Positions 9,943-19,818 of a DNA stretch of 64,000 nucleotides are shown piece after piece. Each line of letters starts with the position of its first letter. The first letter of the stretch is position 1. The position numbers were made by a program, and so were the translations under genes. Where the stretch lies: NCBI GenBank assembly GCA_963676615.1, contig OY781092.1, forward strand, positions 1,376,001 through 1,440,000, given 5' to 3'. The notes under the pieces are model-generated. The model saw nothing but the letters and a program-made list of their open reading frames with translations. It was not told the origin of the DNA and searched no databases. The DNA comes from Candidatus Cloacimonadota bacterium. GTDB lineage: Bacteria > Cloacimonadota > Cloacimonadia > G963667145.

Positions 9943-11211
9943 CTAAAAGAACTCCAAAACTTCGCCGACCCAATACAGCGAGCCACACACCACGATCAAA
10001 TCGTCGCCTTCGCACAAACTTTTCGCCTTTTTCAGCGCCGATGGCACAGTCGTCTCGTAGCAATAATTTTTGGTAAATTTCGCCACGACCTCTTTTTGCA
10101 AATCGCCGCCAGCAGCTCTGGAATTGGAATTTTGGCAAAAGACGATACTTTTGGCAGCGCTTGCGATTTTGGCATACATTTTCTCCAGATTTTTGTCCTT
10201 CAAAATCGAAACAACAAAAACCTTCTTCCGCTTTGGGAAAATCTCTTGCAAGCTCTCAACAAGGCTGCTGACGCCCTCTTCGTTGTGTGCGCCGTCCAGC
10301 AAAATCGTCGGATTTTTCGACACAATCTGCATCCTGCCTTGCCAATTTACAGCGCCTAGCCCTTTTTGCAAACTATCAAAATCGAGCGTTTTTTTTCGCT
10401 TTTGCTCGAACAAAGAAAAAGCAGTCAGAGCGCACCCAGCGTTAAACGCCTGATGTTTGCCCAACAAGTTGGTGGTGTATCTGCCTTCAATTCCGCCTGC
10501 AAAGCGATAGTCAAACGATGTGCCGTCTGCGTCTTGGCTGATATTGCTCACGCTAAATTCGCTCCCACATCGATAGACGGTAGAGCCTTTTGCGGCGGCG
10601 ACCCGCTCGATTTCCGCCAAAGCGTTTGCGGGCATTTTGCCAACGACCACTGGCACGCCATTTTTGATAATTCCCGCTTTTTCTTGGGCAATTTTTTCTA
10701 GAGTATCGCCCAAAGATTTTGTGTGGTCGTAGCTGATAGAGGTAATCACCGAAACATCGGGGACAAAAGGGTTTGTGCCGTCTAGCCGACCGCCAAGGCC
10801 GACCTCAAAAATGCTGAAATTGATTTTTTCTTGGGCAAACAGCTCAAAAGCCAAAGCGGTGGTCGTCTCAAAAAAAGACGCCTGATTTTGCTCGAAAATC
10901 TGCTGATGCCGCAAATACAGCTCCATAATCTGCTCATATTTGGCGTTTTTGCCGCAGAGCCGAAACCGCTCCAGATAGTCCACCAAATGTGGCGACGAGT
11001 TGAACCCCGTGCTGTAGCCGCAGCGCAGAGCCAGCGCCTCCAACATCGCACAGACAGAACCTTTGCCGTTCGAGCCCGCAATATGCACGCCAGCAAGCCG
11101 CCGCTGCGGATTGCCCAGCTCACGCAAAATCGCCTCAATTCGCTCCAGTCCTAGCTTGATATTCCCAGAATGGCGCCTATAAATATACTCCAAAAACTCT
11201 TGGTAAGTCAT
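9943..11211 (-). CDS. folC: Folylpolyglutamate synthase/dihydrofolate synthase
   Basis: HIAGSNGKGS, SSPHL, EVGLGGRLDGTN, DHT..LGDTLEKIA.EKAGI and LDGAHN motifs. Confidence 0.95.
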   Translation of the reverse strand: MTYQEFLEYIYRRHSGNIKLGLERIEAILRELGNPQRRLAGVHIAGSNGKGSVCAMLEALALRCGYSTGFNSSPHLVDYLERFRLCGKNAKYEQIMELYLRHQQIFEQNQASFFETTTALAFELFAQEKINFSIFEVGLGGRLDGTNPFVPDVSVITSISYDHTKSLGDTLEKIAQEKAGIIKNGVPVVVGKMPANALAEIERVAAAKGSTVYRCGSEFSVSNISQDADGTSFDYRFAGGIEGRYTTNLLGKHQAFNAGCALTAFSLFEQKRKKTLDFDSLQKGLGAVNWQGRMQIVSKNPTILLDGAHNEEGVSSLVESLQEIFPKRKKVFVVSILKDKNLEKMYAKIASAAKSIVFCQNSNSRAAGGDLQKEVVAKFTKNYCYETTVPSALKKAKSLCEGDDLIVVCGSLYWVGEVLEFF

Positions 11212-12709
11212 TGAAGACAATCTCCTTTTTCGTCTGAGCGTAAAAAGCCCGAAAGTGGTCGCGCGCCATATAAACATCCTCGATGAGATTTATCTTGTTC
11301 TCGATACTCTCCAAAAAATCCCGCTGCGACTCGATAAACTCCTTCATCACTGGATGCAAAATCACATCAAGCTCTTTGCCTTTGGTAAAATACGACACCT
11401 TCCGCAACGAGCGACGCAAATTCACCGCCAGATGCTCCTCCTGCAAAATGCTGCCGACGCCCTGACAAGTCGGGCATTGATAAGTCGAGCGATTCAAAAG
11501 ATTGCGGTTCGCCCGCTTGCGAGAAATCTCCACCAATCCGAGCTTTGAAAAAGGATAGCAAACCGTCTTGTTGCTGTCTTTCTTCAGCTCCCTGCTCAAA
11601 AGCGCAAACACCTCGTCCCGATCCGCACTGTGCACCATATCGATAAAATCGATGATGATAATTCCGCCCAAATTCCGCAACCGAATCTGCCGCACCGCCT
11701 CTCTGGCAGCCTCTTTGTTGATTATCTTGATCGTCGCATCGTAGTTCTTTCCGCTGACAAAACTGCCCGTATTCACATCGATCACCACCAAAGCTTCCGT
11801 CTGCTCAATCTTAATATTTCCACCAGAAGGAAGCGGCACCGACGGCCGCAACGCCTTATCGATCTCCTTTTGCAAATTATACACATCAAACAAAGCGCTC
11901 TGCTGCTCAAAAAGCTCCAGACGCTCCACCAGACACGGCTCAAAAGTCTTCAACTTCTTGCGCAAACTATCCCGCAGTTCCCGATTATCCACAATAATCT
12001 TGTCCGTATCACTGCGCAAAATATCCCGTATCAAAACATTCTGCAAATCGTTCTGATCATACAAACAGCACGGCGACTGACTCTCCTGCGACGCCGAAAT
12101 CTGCTCGTGCGTGCTCCTAAGGAGCTTATACTCGTTGATATAATCCTCACGAGTCTTGCCCAGAGCCTCCGTCCGCACAATAAATCCGAAGCCATCGCCT
12201 TTAAACTCGTCCAAAATCTTGCGAATTTCCGACTTCACCTGCTTATTAACAATTTTTTTGGAAAACCGAATCTTATTTGAATTTGGCAAAAGAATCAGAA
12301 ATCGCCCTGGAATCGAAATCTTGCTAACGACCTTCGCACCCTTATCGCCAACTGGCGCACGCTTCACCTGCACAACAATCTCCGAGCCGGGAAACAGATA
12401 CTTATCGATATTCGCCGAATCCGCATCGTGATACTTCAGCCGTTTGCCAGGCGAGTTGCAATCGTCATCAGAATCCACACAACCCATCACAATATCCTCG
12501 TAATGCAAAAACGCCGTCCGCTTGAGCCCAATATCCACAAAAGCCGAGCCAATTCCAGGCAAAACATCCTTCACAACGCCCTTGTAAACATTACCCAGCA
12601 CAGACTTCTCGTTCTGCTTATCCACCACAAATTCGACAATCTTGTTGTCTTCCAGCAATGCGACCCGACTTCGATCTGGGCACACATTCACTAACACTTC
12701 TCTCTTCAT
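11177..12709 (-). CDS. rng: Ribonuclease E/G family (RNase G-like)
   Basis: S1 domain GNVYKGVV..VLPG..SAFVDIG, IDVNTG, RQIRLRNLGGIIIIDFIDM and CPTC.G.G zinc link. Confidence 0.92.
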   Translation of the reverse strand: MKREVLVNVCPDRSRVALLEDNKIVEFVVDKQNEKSVLGNVYKGVVKDVLPGIGSAFVDIGLKRTAFLHYEDIVMGCVDSDDDCNSPGKRLKYHDADSANIDKYLFPGSEIVVQVKRAPVGDKGAKVVSKISIPGRFLILLPNSNKIRFSKKIVNKQVKSEIRKILDEFKGDGFGFIVRTEALGKTREDYINEYKLLRSTHEQISASQESQSPCCLYDQNDLQNVLIRDILRSDTDKIIVDNRELRDSLRKKLKTFEPCLVERLELFEQQSALFDVYNLQKEIDKALRPSVPLPSGGNIKIEQTEALVVIDVNTGSFVSGKNYDATIKIINKEAAREAVRQIRLRNLGGIIIIDFIDMVHSADRDEVFALLSRELKKDSNKTVCYPFSKLGLVEISRKRANRNLLNRSTYQCPTCQGVGSILQEEHLAVNLRRSLRKVSYFTKGKELDVILHPVMKEFIESQRDFLESIENKINLIEDVYMARDHFRAFYAQTKKEIVFNDLPRVFGVYL

Positions 12710-12770
12710 AGTCAAAAAAACCTTTTCCCTATTCCAACCAAAAAAGCTTGGAACAAAATTTTATTTTTAT

Positions 12771-12792
12771 CGAAAAAGCGACAACCGCTTCG
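12771..12792 (-). terminator. Possible weak intrinsic terminator after mnmE
   Basis: Minus strand reads AAGCG-GTTGT-CGCTT-TTT just past the mnmE stop. Confidence 0.3.
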
Positions 12793-12793
12793 A

Positions 12794-14149
12794 TTATTTA
12801 CCGATACAAAAATTCGCAAAAATACTGTGCAAAATATCCTCGCTGCTCACGGAACCGACCATCTGCTCGAGGCTCCCGCTGGCGAGTTTTAGCTCAAAAG
12901 CAATAAACTCAAAACCCAAATCGTCGTCAATAGTTTGCAGCACCTTTTGCAAATACTGAATGCAACTGCTCACACAGCCCTTTTGCCGTGCCGAGCTGAC
13001 AATCCCGCTCTCCAGCTCTTGCCCTGCGCTCTGCAGCCTTGCCAAAAGCTCCTGCCGTATCTGCGACAAACCGCCAGCTTCCACCGCCGAACTCAGCAAA
13101 AGCCCACTCCTGCTGGCTTGCTGCCTCTGCTCTGGCGAAAGCAAATCCGCTTTGTTAAAAATCTTTCGCACCTTTTGCAAATCGACATCACTGGGCAAAT
13201 CCTGAAAATCGACATCTGGGCTGCCCACGCTCAAAACAAGATGAGCCTCCCGCAAAAGCTCCAACGAGCGGCTTATCCCCTCTTGCTCGATCTCGCAATC
13301 TGTCTGGCGCAAACCAGCCGTGTCATACACTCGCACCAAAAAACCGTCCAGCGAGATAACCTCCTCCAGATAGTCCCTCGTCGTGCCTGCCACTGGCGTC
13401 ACAATCGCCCGATTATTCGCCAAAAGCGCATTAAAAATACTCGACTTGCCCGCATTCGCGCCACCAATCAGCACAACCCGAAAGCCGTCTTTAATCATCA
13501 CGCCGTCGTCCGCGCGCGAAAGCAAATCTTGCAGCTCCTGCTTAATCTGCAAAATCTTCTGCCGAAACTCCGCCAAATCGACCTGCTGCAAGCCTTGCTC
13601 CAAAAAATCTATCTCCAGCTCCAGCTCCGCTCGACGCTCCGAGAGCTCCTGCAAAATCTGGCTAATCTTCGCAAAAAGTTTCCCCTGATACTGCCCAACA
13701 GCCAGCTGGTGCGACTTCGCCGTCTTCGCTTTGATCAGATCGTCCACCGACTCCGCTTTGGTCAAATCCATCTTCCCGTGCAAAAAAGCCCGCTTAGTGA
13801 ACTCGCCCGCAGTAGCAATCCTCGCCTTCCGCAAAAGGCACTCCATCACTTTGCCATAAATATAGCTGCTGCCGTGCATACAAATCTCGACCAAATCCTC
13901 GCCCGTGTAGCTGGCAGGTGCGCGATAAACCGTCGCCACCACCTCGTCCACAAACTGCGTGCCGTCGTAAAATTTGCCCACACAAGCCTTGCTGGCAGGG
14001 ACTTCCGCAAGAGGCGACTTTCCCACAAAAAAGCTATCAACAACCGTAATCGCCTGCTTGCCCGACACCCGCACCATAGCAATCGCCCCCATCCCCTTTG
14101 CCGTGGCTAGAGCCGCGATAGTGTCAAAACTGCTGCCAAAATTCGCCAT
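12794..14149 (-). CDS. mnmE: tRNA modification GTPase MnmE
   Basis: DTIAALAT, SYTGED.VEI..HG, GGANAGKSS, GTTRD, DTAGLR, NKAD and C-terminal FCIGK. Confidence 0.97.
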   Translation of the reverse strand: MANFGSSFDTIAALATAKGMGAIAMVRVSGKQAITVVDSFFVGKSPLAEVPASKACVGKFYDGTQFVDEVVATVYRAPASYTGEDLVEICMHGSSYIYGKVMECLLRKARIATAGEFTKRAFLHGKMDLTKAESVDDLIKAKTAKSHQLAVGQYQGKLFAKISQILQELSERRAELELEIDFLEQGLQQVDLAEFRQKILQIKQELQDLLSRADDGVMIKDGFRVVLIGGANAGKSSIFNALLANNRAIVTPVAGTTRDYLEEVISLDGFLVRVYDTAGLRQTDCEIEQEGISRSLELLREAHLVLSVGSPDVDFQDLPSDVDLQKVRKIFNKADLLSPEQRQQASRSGLLLSSAVEAGGLSQIRQELLARLQSAGQELESGIVSSARQKGCVSSCIQYLQKVLQTIDDDLGFEFIAFELKLASGSLEQMVGSVSSEDILHSIFANFCIGK

Positions 14150-14158
14150 AATCCCCAG

Positions 14159-15340
14159 CTAAAAATCCCGCTTAATGATGCAATCCTCGCCCACAGCAAG
14201 CTCGACGCCCTTCTCCCTAGCCTGCACAACTTCCCGCAGATTGTAAATCGCAATCTCCACTCCCTGGTGCAAAATGCCCGAAATCCGCAAAAACTTCTCC
14301 TCAACTTGCCGAAGATCATACGAGCGATAAACGGCGTCCTCCAGCCTGCGATCAAACCGAGCAATCTCGCTGGCAATCTCGGCATTTTTTTCCGCCTTGG
14401 CATAATACTGCTTGCTCAGCTCCTCCAGCCGATACTTGGAATACGGCAACACGCCGATACTCAGCGACATCGGCAAATCGACGCTATTGCCCACATTCGC
14501 ACAAATCAAAAAATCGCCCAACTCCACAGATCCCGACTTAATCACGCTGACGCTCGAGTCGCTCACCACGCTCTTTTCGCAAACAATCTTGCAGTCGCTA
14601 AGCCCCGTGCCAAAAAAGATATTGCCGCCACAAATCAGCGTGGAGCCCGTCGCCGCAGCCAAACTGGCGTCTTTGCGCACCTCCACAAAAGAGCCCTCCA
14701 TCACATTCTTGTGCACCACCAAAATATCGTGCACCTTCACCCTGCTGGCGCAAATGCTGCCGTGCACCACCAACTTGCCGACCACCTCGATTTTGGAATT
14801 TAGCACATTGCCAAAAACCTCCAAATCGCCATAAAACGGCTCCTCAACCTCCTGCACCAAATCTTTTTCAATCGTAAACTTATCCCGCACATTCAGCCGA
14901 TGCTTCTCGTCTTGATACGGGCAACCGTCTTTACCCGCAAAAATTCCGCCATTTTTGTAATAGGTGTTATCGCCCAAAAAATGCTCGTTCACGAACTTTT
15001 GCACATAAAAATCTTTATCGCCAAAACAACACAACCGCTGACCATCAAAGCTCACGCTCGCCAAAAGCGAATCTTTTTTCACATAATCCAGATCTTTCTC
15101 CAGCAGATAATCCACCTCTTTCGCCTTTGTAGCCGCCCGTTTTGCCAGCGGAAAATCTTTGCCAAAGCCATCGCTCTTGCACCGCAACAAATCCTCCTGT
15201 CGCACGCCCGCTCGCTGCAAAAGCTCCTTTAGCTCCGCCTCATCTTTGAACTCATCCAAATTTTTAACCTGCAAACACGCACTCTGGCAGCTCTCGTCCA
15301 CCTTCAGCAAAAAATTTTGCGACTCAAAAACTTGTTCCAT
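14159..15340 (-). CDS. DUF342/FapA-like beta-helix protein
   Basis: Repetitive GDLEVFGNV...IEVVGKLVVHGSI beta-helix segment, a coiled insert and an ISGILHQGVEI end, matching the DUF342 architecture. Confidence 0.55.
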   Translation of the reverse strand: MEQVFESQNFLLKVDESCQSACLQVKNLDEFKDEAELKELLQRAGVRQEDLLRCKSDGFGKDFPLAKRAATKAKEVDYLLEKDLDYVKKDSLLASVSFDGQRLCCFGDKDFYVQKFVNEHFLGDNTYYKNGGIFAGKDGCPYQDEKHRLNVRDKFTIEKDLVQEVEEPFYGDLEVFGNVLNSKIEVVGKLVVHGSICASRVKVHDILVVHKNVMEGSFVEVRKDASLAAATGSTLICGGNIFFGTGLSDCKIVCEKSVVSDSSVSVIKSGSVELGDFLICANVGNSVDLPMSLSIGVLPYSKYRLEELSKQYYAKAEKNAEIASEIARFDRRLEDAVYRSYDLRQVEEKFLRISGILHQGVEIAIYNLREVVQAREKGVELAVGEDCIIKRDF

Positions 15341-15992
15341 CTAACACTCCTATCGCCGACAATTGTCGCCCGCAGTTTTTATCCTCTCGATACGAAAAAT
15401 ATCGCTCGCTCGAAAAAGTGCACTCCTGATTGCACTGCAAATTCTCTCTTCGCACGCCAGAGCGCAACAAATCTTCTACAATCACACGCCGCAAATCCAG
15501 ATGGCGCGCAATCGGCTGAGCCACCTTCGTCTTTGCCACGAAATCGTCATAAACTTCGCCCGACACCTCATAATGCTGGGCGCTCACGCCCGGACCAATC
15601 AACACTTGCAAATCCGCAACGCTGCTCCCATACTCCAGCCTCATCCTCTGCAACACCTGCACACAAATCGACATCTGCGTGCCTTTGCGCCCGCTATGAG
15701 CGGCAGCCACCACCTGTTTTGCTGGGTCATAAAACAAAATCGGCACACAATCTGCGCCTTTCACCACCAGCAAAATATCCTTGCGATTCGTGCAAATCGC
15801 ATCCACCACAGGCAACGCTGGCTTGGTAAAACCACAGCCCAAATCCTCATCGGCAACGACCCTCACCTTGTCCGAATGCGTCTGCTCCATCAAAACCAGC
15901 CGAGCAGCATCCACACCCCACAACTCGCCACGGCGACGCACCGCCTCCAGCGAATCGCTCTTATCGCCAAACCGCCAAAAAATCTCGCTCAT
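15324..15992 (-). CDS. pgeF: YfiH/PgeF family protein (purine nucleoside phosphorylase/laccase-like)
   Basis: QTHS, DAICT, ADCVPIL, AAAHSGRKG, IGPG and CT...YFSYR...GRQ motifs. Confidence 0.92.
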   Translation of the reverse strand: MSEIFWRFGDKSDSLEAVRRRGELWGVDAARLVLMEQTHSDKVRVVADEDLGCGFTKPALPVVDAICTNRKDILLVVKGADCVPILFYDPAKQVVAAAHSGRKGTQMSICVQVLQRMRLEYGSSVADLQVLIGPGVSAQHYEVSGEVYDDFVAKTKVAQPIARHLDLRRVIVEDLLRSGVRRENLQCNQECTFSSERYFSYREDKNCGRQLSAIGVLDGTSF

Positions 15993-15996
15993 AAAC

Positions 15997-16992
15997 CTAT
16001 TTGCCCCTAATCTTCTTGATTTTCCGCAAATGCTCGTCGTAGGTCTTAGAAAACGAGTGATGTCCACCGCCAGAAGCCACAAAATAGAAAAAATCGCTCA
16101 CTTCTGGCTGCAACACCGCCTGAATGCCCGAAACCGTCGGGCTGCAAATCGGCGTTGGCGGCAACCCCGCATACAGATAAGTGTTATACGGCGAGTCGAT
16201 TTTCAAATCGTTATAAAAAACCCGCTTGCGCACTTTGCCGCGCTTCTCCAAAAAATAAACAATCGTCGGATCCGCCTGCAACCGCTGTCCAACAGCCAAC
16301 CGATTGAGGTAAACGCTGGCAATCAGCGGCTTCTCCGCAAAAATCACCGACTCCTTGTCCACAATCGACGCCAAAGTCAGCACCTGATAAAAATCCAGAC
16401 TCTTCTGCCCCAAAAAATCGAGCCCCGTGGTCAACTGGTAAAAATGCTTCACGATATACGAAAGCAACTCTTTACCCGAAATATCGTCCGCAAAAAAGTA
16501 GGTCTCGGGATAGACAAACCCCTCCAAAGACGCAAGCTGCAGCCCCGTGAGGCTATCGATAAAACTCTGGTCGTGCGCCAAAGAGTCCAGCTCTGCGCGA
16601 CTCACCAGCCCGCTCTCTGCGATCTGCTCCAGACTCTCGGCAAGCGAACTCCCCTCGCGAATCGTCACCTTTGAGAGAAACACCCTGCCCGAGAGCAGCA
16701 CATCCACAACCTGCGGCATACTCTTTTCACCCTCAAAAAGATACTTGCCAAACGACAGCCGCTTATCAAACCCACTCAGCCGCACATACAAATAAAAAAA
16801 GAACCGACTCTTAATCAGCCCATTTTCATACAAAATCTCCGAAATCTGACTCGCCGAAGAGTTCTTTGGGATTTGCACAATCTTTTTCGGAATATCTATC
16901 GGCATGACCAACCACCAAACTCCGCCAGCCACAGCCAAAAAAATCAGCAAACAAATCCCGCCCAAAAACAACAACTTACTTCGCCGCATCAT
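15997..16992 (-). CDS. mltG: Endolytic transglycosylase MltG
   Basis: N-terminal TM helix, LEGFVYPETY, LASIVDKE, LQADPT and SPYNTY..AGLPPTPICSP. Confidence 0.95.
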   Translation of the reverse strand: MMRRSKLLFLGGICLLIFLAVAGGVWWLVMPIDIPKKIVQIPKNSSASQISEILYENGLIKSRFFFYLYVRLSGFDKRLSFGKYLFEGEKSMPQVVDVLLSGRVFLSKVTIREGSSLAESLEQIAESGLVSRAELDSLAHDQSFIDSLTGLQLASLEGFVYPETYFFADDISGKELLSYIVKHFYQLTTGLDFLGQKSLDFYQVLTLASIVDKESVIFAEKPLIASVYLNRLAVGQRLQADPTIVYFLEKRGKVRKRVFYNDLKIDSPYNTYLYAGLPPTPICSPTVSGIQAVLQPEVSDFFYFVASGGGHHSFSKTYDEHLRKIKKIRGK

Positions 16993-17396
16993 CTTTTGCT
17001 ATCCAAAAATCTATCCAAAATCTCCGCCGCCGCATACATATCTAGCTTCCCCTTTACCTGCTGATCGCTCACGCCCTTTTTCGCCAACTTCGCCCGTGCC
17101 TCCACAGAAGAAAAAGACTCATCATAAAACTCCATCGGCAGCGCAAACTTCGCCCGCAACTCCCTTGCAAACATCTCCACCTGCGCACACTTCTGCGTGC
17201 GCTCGCCCTCTGCATCATACGGCATTCCCACGACCATTCTCTCGCATCGGAACTCCGCCAAAATTTTGGCAAACTCCCCGAAGAAATCGTCGCCACTAGG
17301 CAACACCGCAAGCGGCTTTGCAAACATCTGCAAAGGGTCCGACACCGCAACGCCTATGCGCTTTTCGCCATAATCCACACAAACGACCCTGCTCAC
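16989..17396 (-). CDS. ruvX: YqgF/RuvX family nuclease
   Basis: DYGEKRIGVAVSD, VVGMP, DESFSS and LD..AA..IL motifs. Confidence 0.93.
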   Translation of the reverse strand: MSRVVCVDYGEKRIGVAVSDPLQMFAKPLAVLPSGDDFFGEFAKILAEFRCERMVVGMPYDAEGERTQKCAQVEMFARELRAKFALPMEFYDESFSSVEARAKLAKKGVSDQQVKGKLDMYAAAEILDRFLDSKR

Positions 17397-17686
17397 TTAG
17401 CTTGCTCAATCTCCTTCTCCAGCTCCCGAACCTTCTTCGTCAAAAGCCGCACTCGCTCCAATCGCCTCTTGAGCTTATCGCTCTTCACAAAATTCTCCAA
17501 ATCGTCCTGATTTTTGAGCATCATCCGCCCGATGCGCGCGTGCTGCTTATACACCGACGACGCCAGCGAATTTTTCTTAAACCGAAGATTTGAAATCCTC
17601 ATAATCTTCTCAACTTTCTTGCTCACAACCGAAAAAGAGTGATTGGCACGCTCCTTAAAATTCTCAAAATTCTCTTTCTTCACCAT
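17393..17686 (-). CDS. Hypothetical small basic coiled-coil protein
   Basis: 97-aa ORF with AGGAG RBS, tightly packed between proC and ruvX. Confidence 0.75.
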   Translation of the reverse strand: MVKKENFENFKERANHSFSVVSKKVEKIMRISNLRFKKNSLASSVYKQHARIGRMMLKNQDDLENFVKSDKLKRRLERVRLLTKKVRELEKEIEQAK

Positions 17687-17695
17687 AATCTCCTC

Positions 17696-18496
17696 CTAAC
17701 TCTCATCTTTTTTCATCTTCTTAATCTTATTCGTGCAATCCTGCATCGCTCTTTGCACAGCAGAAGCAAAACCCTCTTGCTGCAACCGCAAAACAGCCTC
17801 AATCGTGCTGCCGCCAGGACTGCAAACTTTGTCCTGCAACACTGCAGGATGTTCCTTACTGCTCAAAACCATCTTCGCTGAACCAAGCACCGTCTGTGCC
17901 GCCAGCTCATACGCATCGTCTGCCGAAAAGCCCTGCTCCACACCAGCCTCTCCCATCGCCCTTATGAGCAAATACACATACGCAGGAGCGCTCCCACTGA
18001 TAGCTGGCACAGCGTCCATCAACTTTGGCGACACTTTTTTGGCAAGACCAAGCCCCGCAAAAAGATTGTGCACAAACTGCTCTTCGCTAGCCGAAACACC
18101 CGCACCGCAATAGTAGCAACACACGCCCTGACGCACCATCATCGGCGTGTTGGGCATCGCCACCACAAACCTCTGCAACTTTGCGGCTTCGCTCTCCGCC
18201 AAAAAGCTCTCCAGCCTCTTCGCATCGACTCCCGCGGCGATACTCACCAGCAAATGCTCCGCACGCAAAAAACCCGCTAGCTGTCCACAAACAGCCCCAC
18301 AAACCTGCGGCTTTACCGCCAAAAACAGCGTCTGTGCCCATTGCGCCAAATCCGGCAAACTCGCAAACTTGCGAAAATCCGCATTCTCCACCGCAGGATC
18401 AAAAAAGCCAACCTCAACATCCGAGTTGCTCTGCGCAAAACCTCTCGCCAAAGCTAGCCCCATATTTCCCAGTCCCAAAAAACCAATCTTCTTCAA
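17696..18496 (-). CDS. proC: Pyrroline-5-carboxylate reductase
   Basis: IGFLGLGNMG, LAVKPQ, SIAAG, MPNTP, SGSAPAY and VCSPGGSTI; TTG start after GGAGG. Confidence 0.96.
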   Translation of the reverse strand: MKKIGFLGLGNMGLALARGFAQSNSDVEVGFFDPAVENADFRKFASLPDLAQWAQTLFLAVKPQVCGAVCGQLAGFLRAEHLLVSIAAGVDAKRLESFLAESEAAKLQRFVVAMPNTPMMVRQGVCCYYCGAGVSASEEQFVHNLFAGLGLAKKVSPKLMDAVPAISGSAPAYVYLLIRAMGEAGVEQGFSADDAYELAAQTVLGSAKMVLSSKEHPAVLQDKVCSPGGSTIEAVLRLQQEGFASAVQRAMQDCTNKIKKMKKDES

Positions 18497-18517
18497 AACT
18501 CCTCCATCAACTTTTTT

Positions 18518-19303
18518 TCACACAAAAAGCGTTCCCTCTTTCTCTCGATCGTAAATTTTCTTGATAACGCCGTCCTCTTTGCCGTTGGTGATAATCGTCG
18601 GCACGCCCAACTTCTGCAAAATACTGGCAGCCACCAGCTTGGTCTCGATGCCGCCTCTGCCCAAAGCTCCCGGCGCATCAATCGTTATCTCCTCTCGCAA
18701 CTTTTGGATATCTTGCACCTTTCGCACCAGCCTCGCATCGGGAAATTTGTGCGGATTTTTGTTGAAAACGCCGTCGATATCGCTGAGGATAATCATCACA
18801 TCGGCGCTCGCCAAACTCGCCACACGAGCCGCCAGCGTATCGTTATCGCCAATCTCCAGCTCCTTGATGCTCACCGTGTCGTTCTCGTTGACAATCGGCA
18901 CAACGCCCTCGTCCAGCAGCGTGAACAAAGTGTTGCGAATATTCAGCACACGGCGACTATCGGCAAAATCTTCGCGCGTGAGCAAAAGCTGCGCAATCTG
19001 CCGATCAACTTTGGCAAGCTCCGACTTGTAAATCTGCAAAAGCCCAATCTGCCCGATAGCACACAGCGCCTGCTTGTAGTTCATATCGTCGTAGCGACCC
19101 CATTTGCCCAGCTGTCCTGCACCACAAACTCTCGCCCCCGACGACACCAAAATCACCTGCTTCCCTTGGCTCATCAGCCAGCTGACCTGATGGCAAATAT
19201 CTGCCACCCGCAGCACATCAATCTCGCCCGAAGCGGCAGTCAAAGTGTTGCTGCCAATCTTTATCACCACGCGTTTTGCGCCGTCTATTACATTCTTCAG
19301 CAT
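18518..19303 (-). CDS. proB: Glutamate 5-kinase (short form without PUA domain)
   Basis: VVIKIGS, LVSSGA, AIGQ, PIVNENDTV, GDND.LAA and GRGGIETK. Confidence 0.95.
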   Translation of the reverse strand: MLKNVIDGAKRVVIKIGSNTLTAASGEIDVLRVADICHQVSWLMSQGKQVILVSSGARVCGAGQLGKWGRYDDMNYKQALCAIGQIGLLQIYKSELAKVDRQIAQLLLTREDFADSRRVLNIRNTLFTLLDEGVVPIVNENDTVSIKELEIGDNDTLAARVASLASADVMIILSDIDGVFNKNPHKFPDARLVRKVQDIQKLREEITIDAPGALGRGGIETKLVAASILQKLGVPTIITNGKEDGVIKKIYDREKEGTLFV

Positions 19304-19818
19304 AAATTCCCTTTTGCCAATCTCTCTTTATTATTTTCTATCACAACTTCCATCTTCGCCCGCAAAGCCCGAAACTGCCCGCCAGCCCAATAGATCCTGC
19401 CACAACCAAAGCAAACCTTAAACTCGTCATACCGTGCCAAAATTTCCTTCGGCAACCTTTGCGCAACCTTCTGGGCGTCTGCCTCCGCAAGCTCGGTGTT
19501 GCATTCTGGGCATCTTCGCCCAAAATCAAGCTGCTCTATTCCAAAATCGCAAACCACTTGCGCAAACCAACTCCACTTGCCCACTTTTTTCAGGCGATAC
19601 GGCTGAAAGTTCGCCACAACTCTCTTCTGTCCGAGCCACAGCAGCGTCCGATTTTCTTTAGTCAAAATCGACTCAATCCGCCCGAGCGACCAAGCCCGAT
19701 AAACGCGAGCGTCAAATCCCGCAAACCGCAAAAGCCGAGCCAAACCCAAAAGAGAGTGCTCCAGCAAAAACTTCGGACGACGATTCAAAGCTCGCCCCCT
19801 GCCGCTATCCGCTGACAT
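19297..19818 (-). CDS. Mut7-C RNase-domain protein with zinc ribbon
   Basis: LARLLRFAGFD, RCPECN..L and C..CGRIYW.G motifs. Confidence 0.8.
   Translation of the reverse strand: MSADSGRGRALNRRPKFLLEHSLLGLARLLRFAGFDARVYRAWSLGRIESILTKENRTLLWLGQKRVVANFQPYRLKKVGKWSWFAQVVCDFGIEQLDFGRRCPECNTELAEADAQKVAQRLPKEILARYDEFKVCFGCGRIYWAGGQFRALRAKMEVVIENNKERLAKGNLC

Larger units (their letters stand above)
7732..9946 (+). pseudogene. Hypothetical protein (296 aa when restored) with a histone-H1-like Lys/Ala/Thr tract, interrupted by IS256
   Basis: Removing the IS and one target-duplication copy joins 7732-8184 to 9509-9946 in frame (...EELIEM|FVVNLQSYELL...). Confidence 0.88.
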
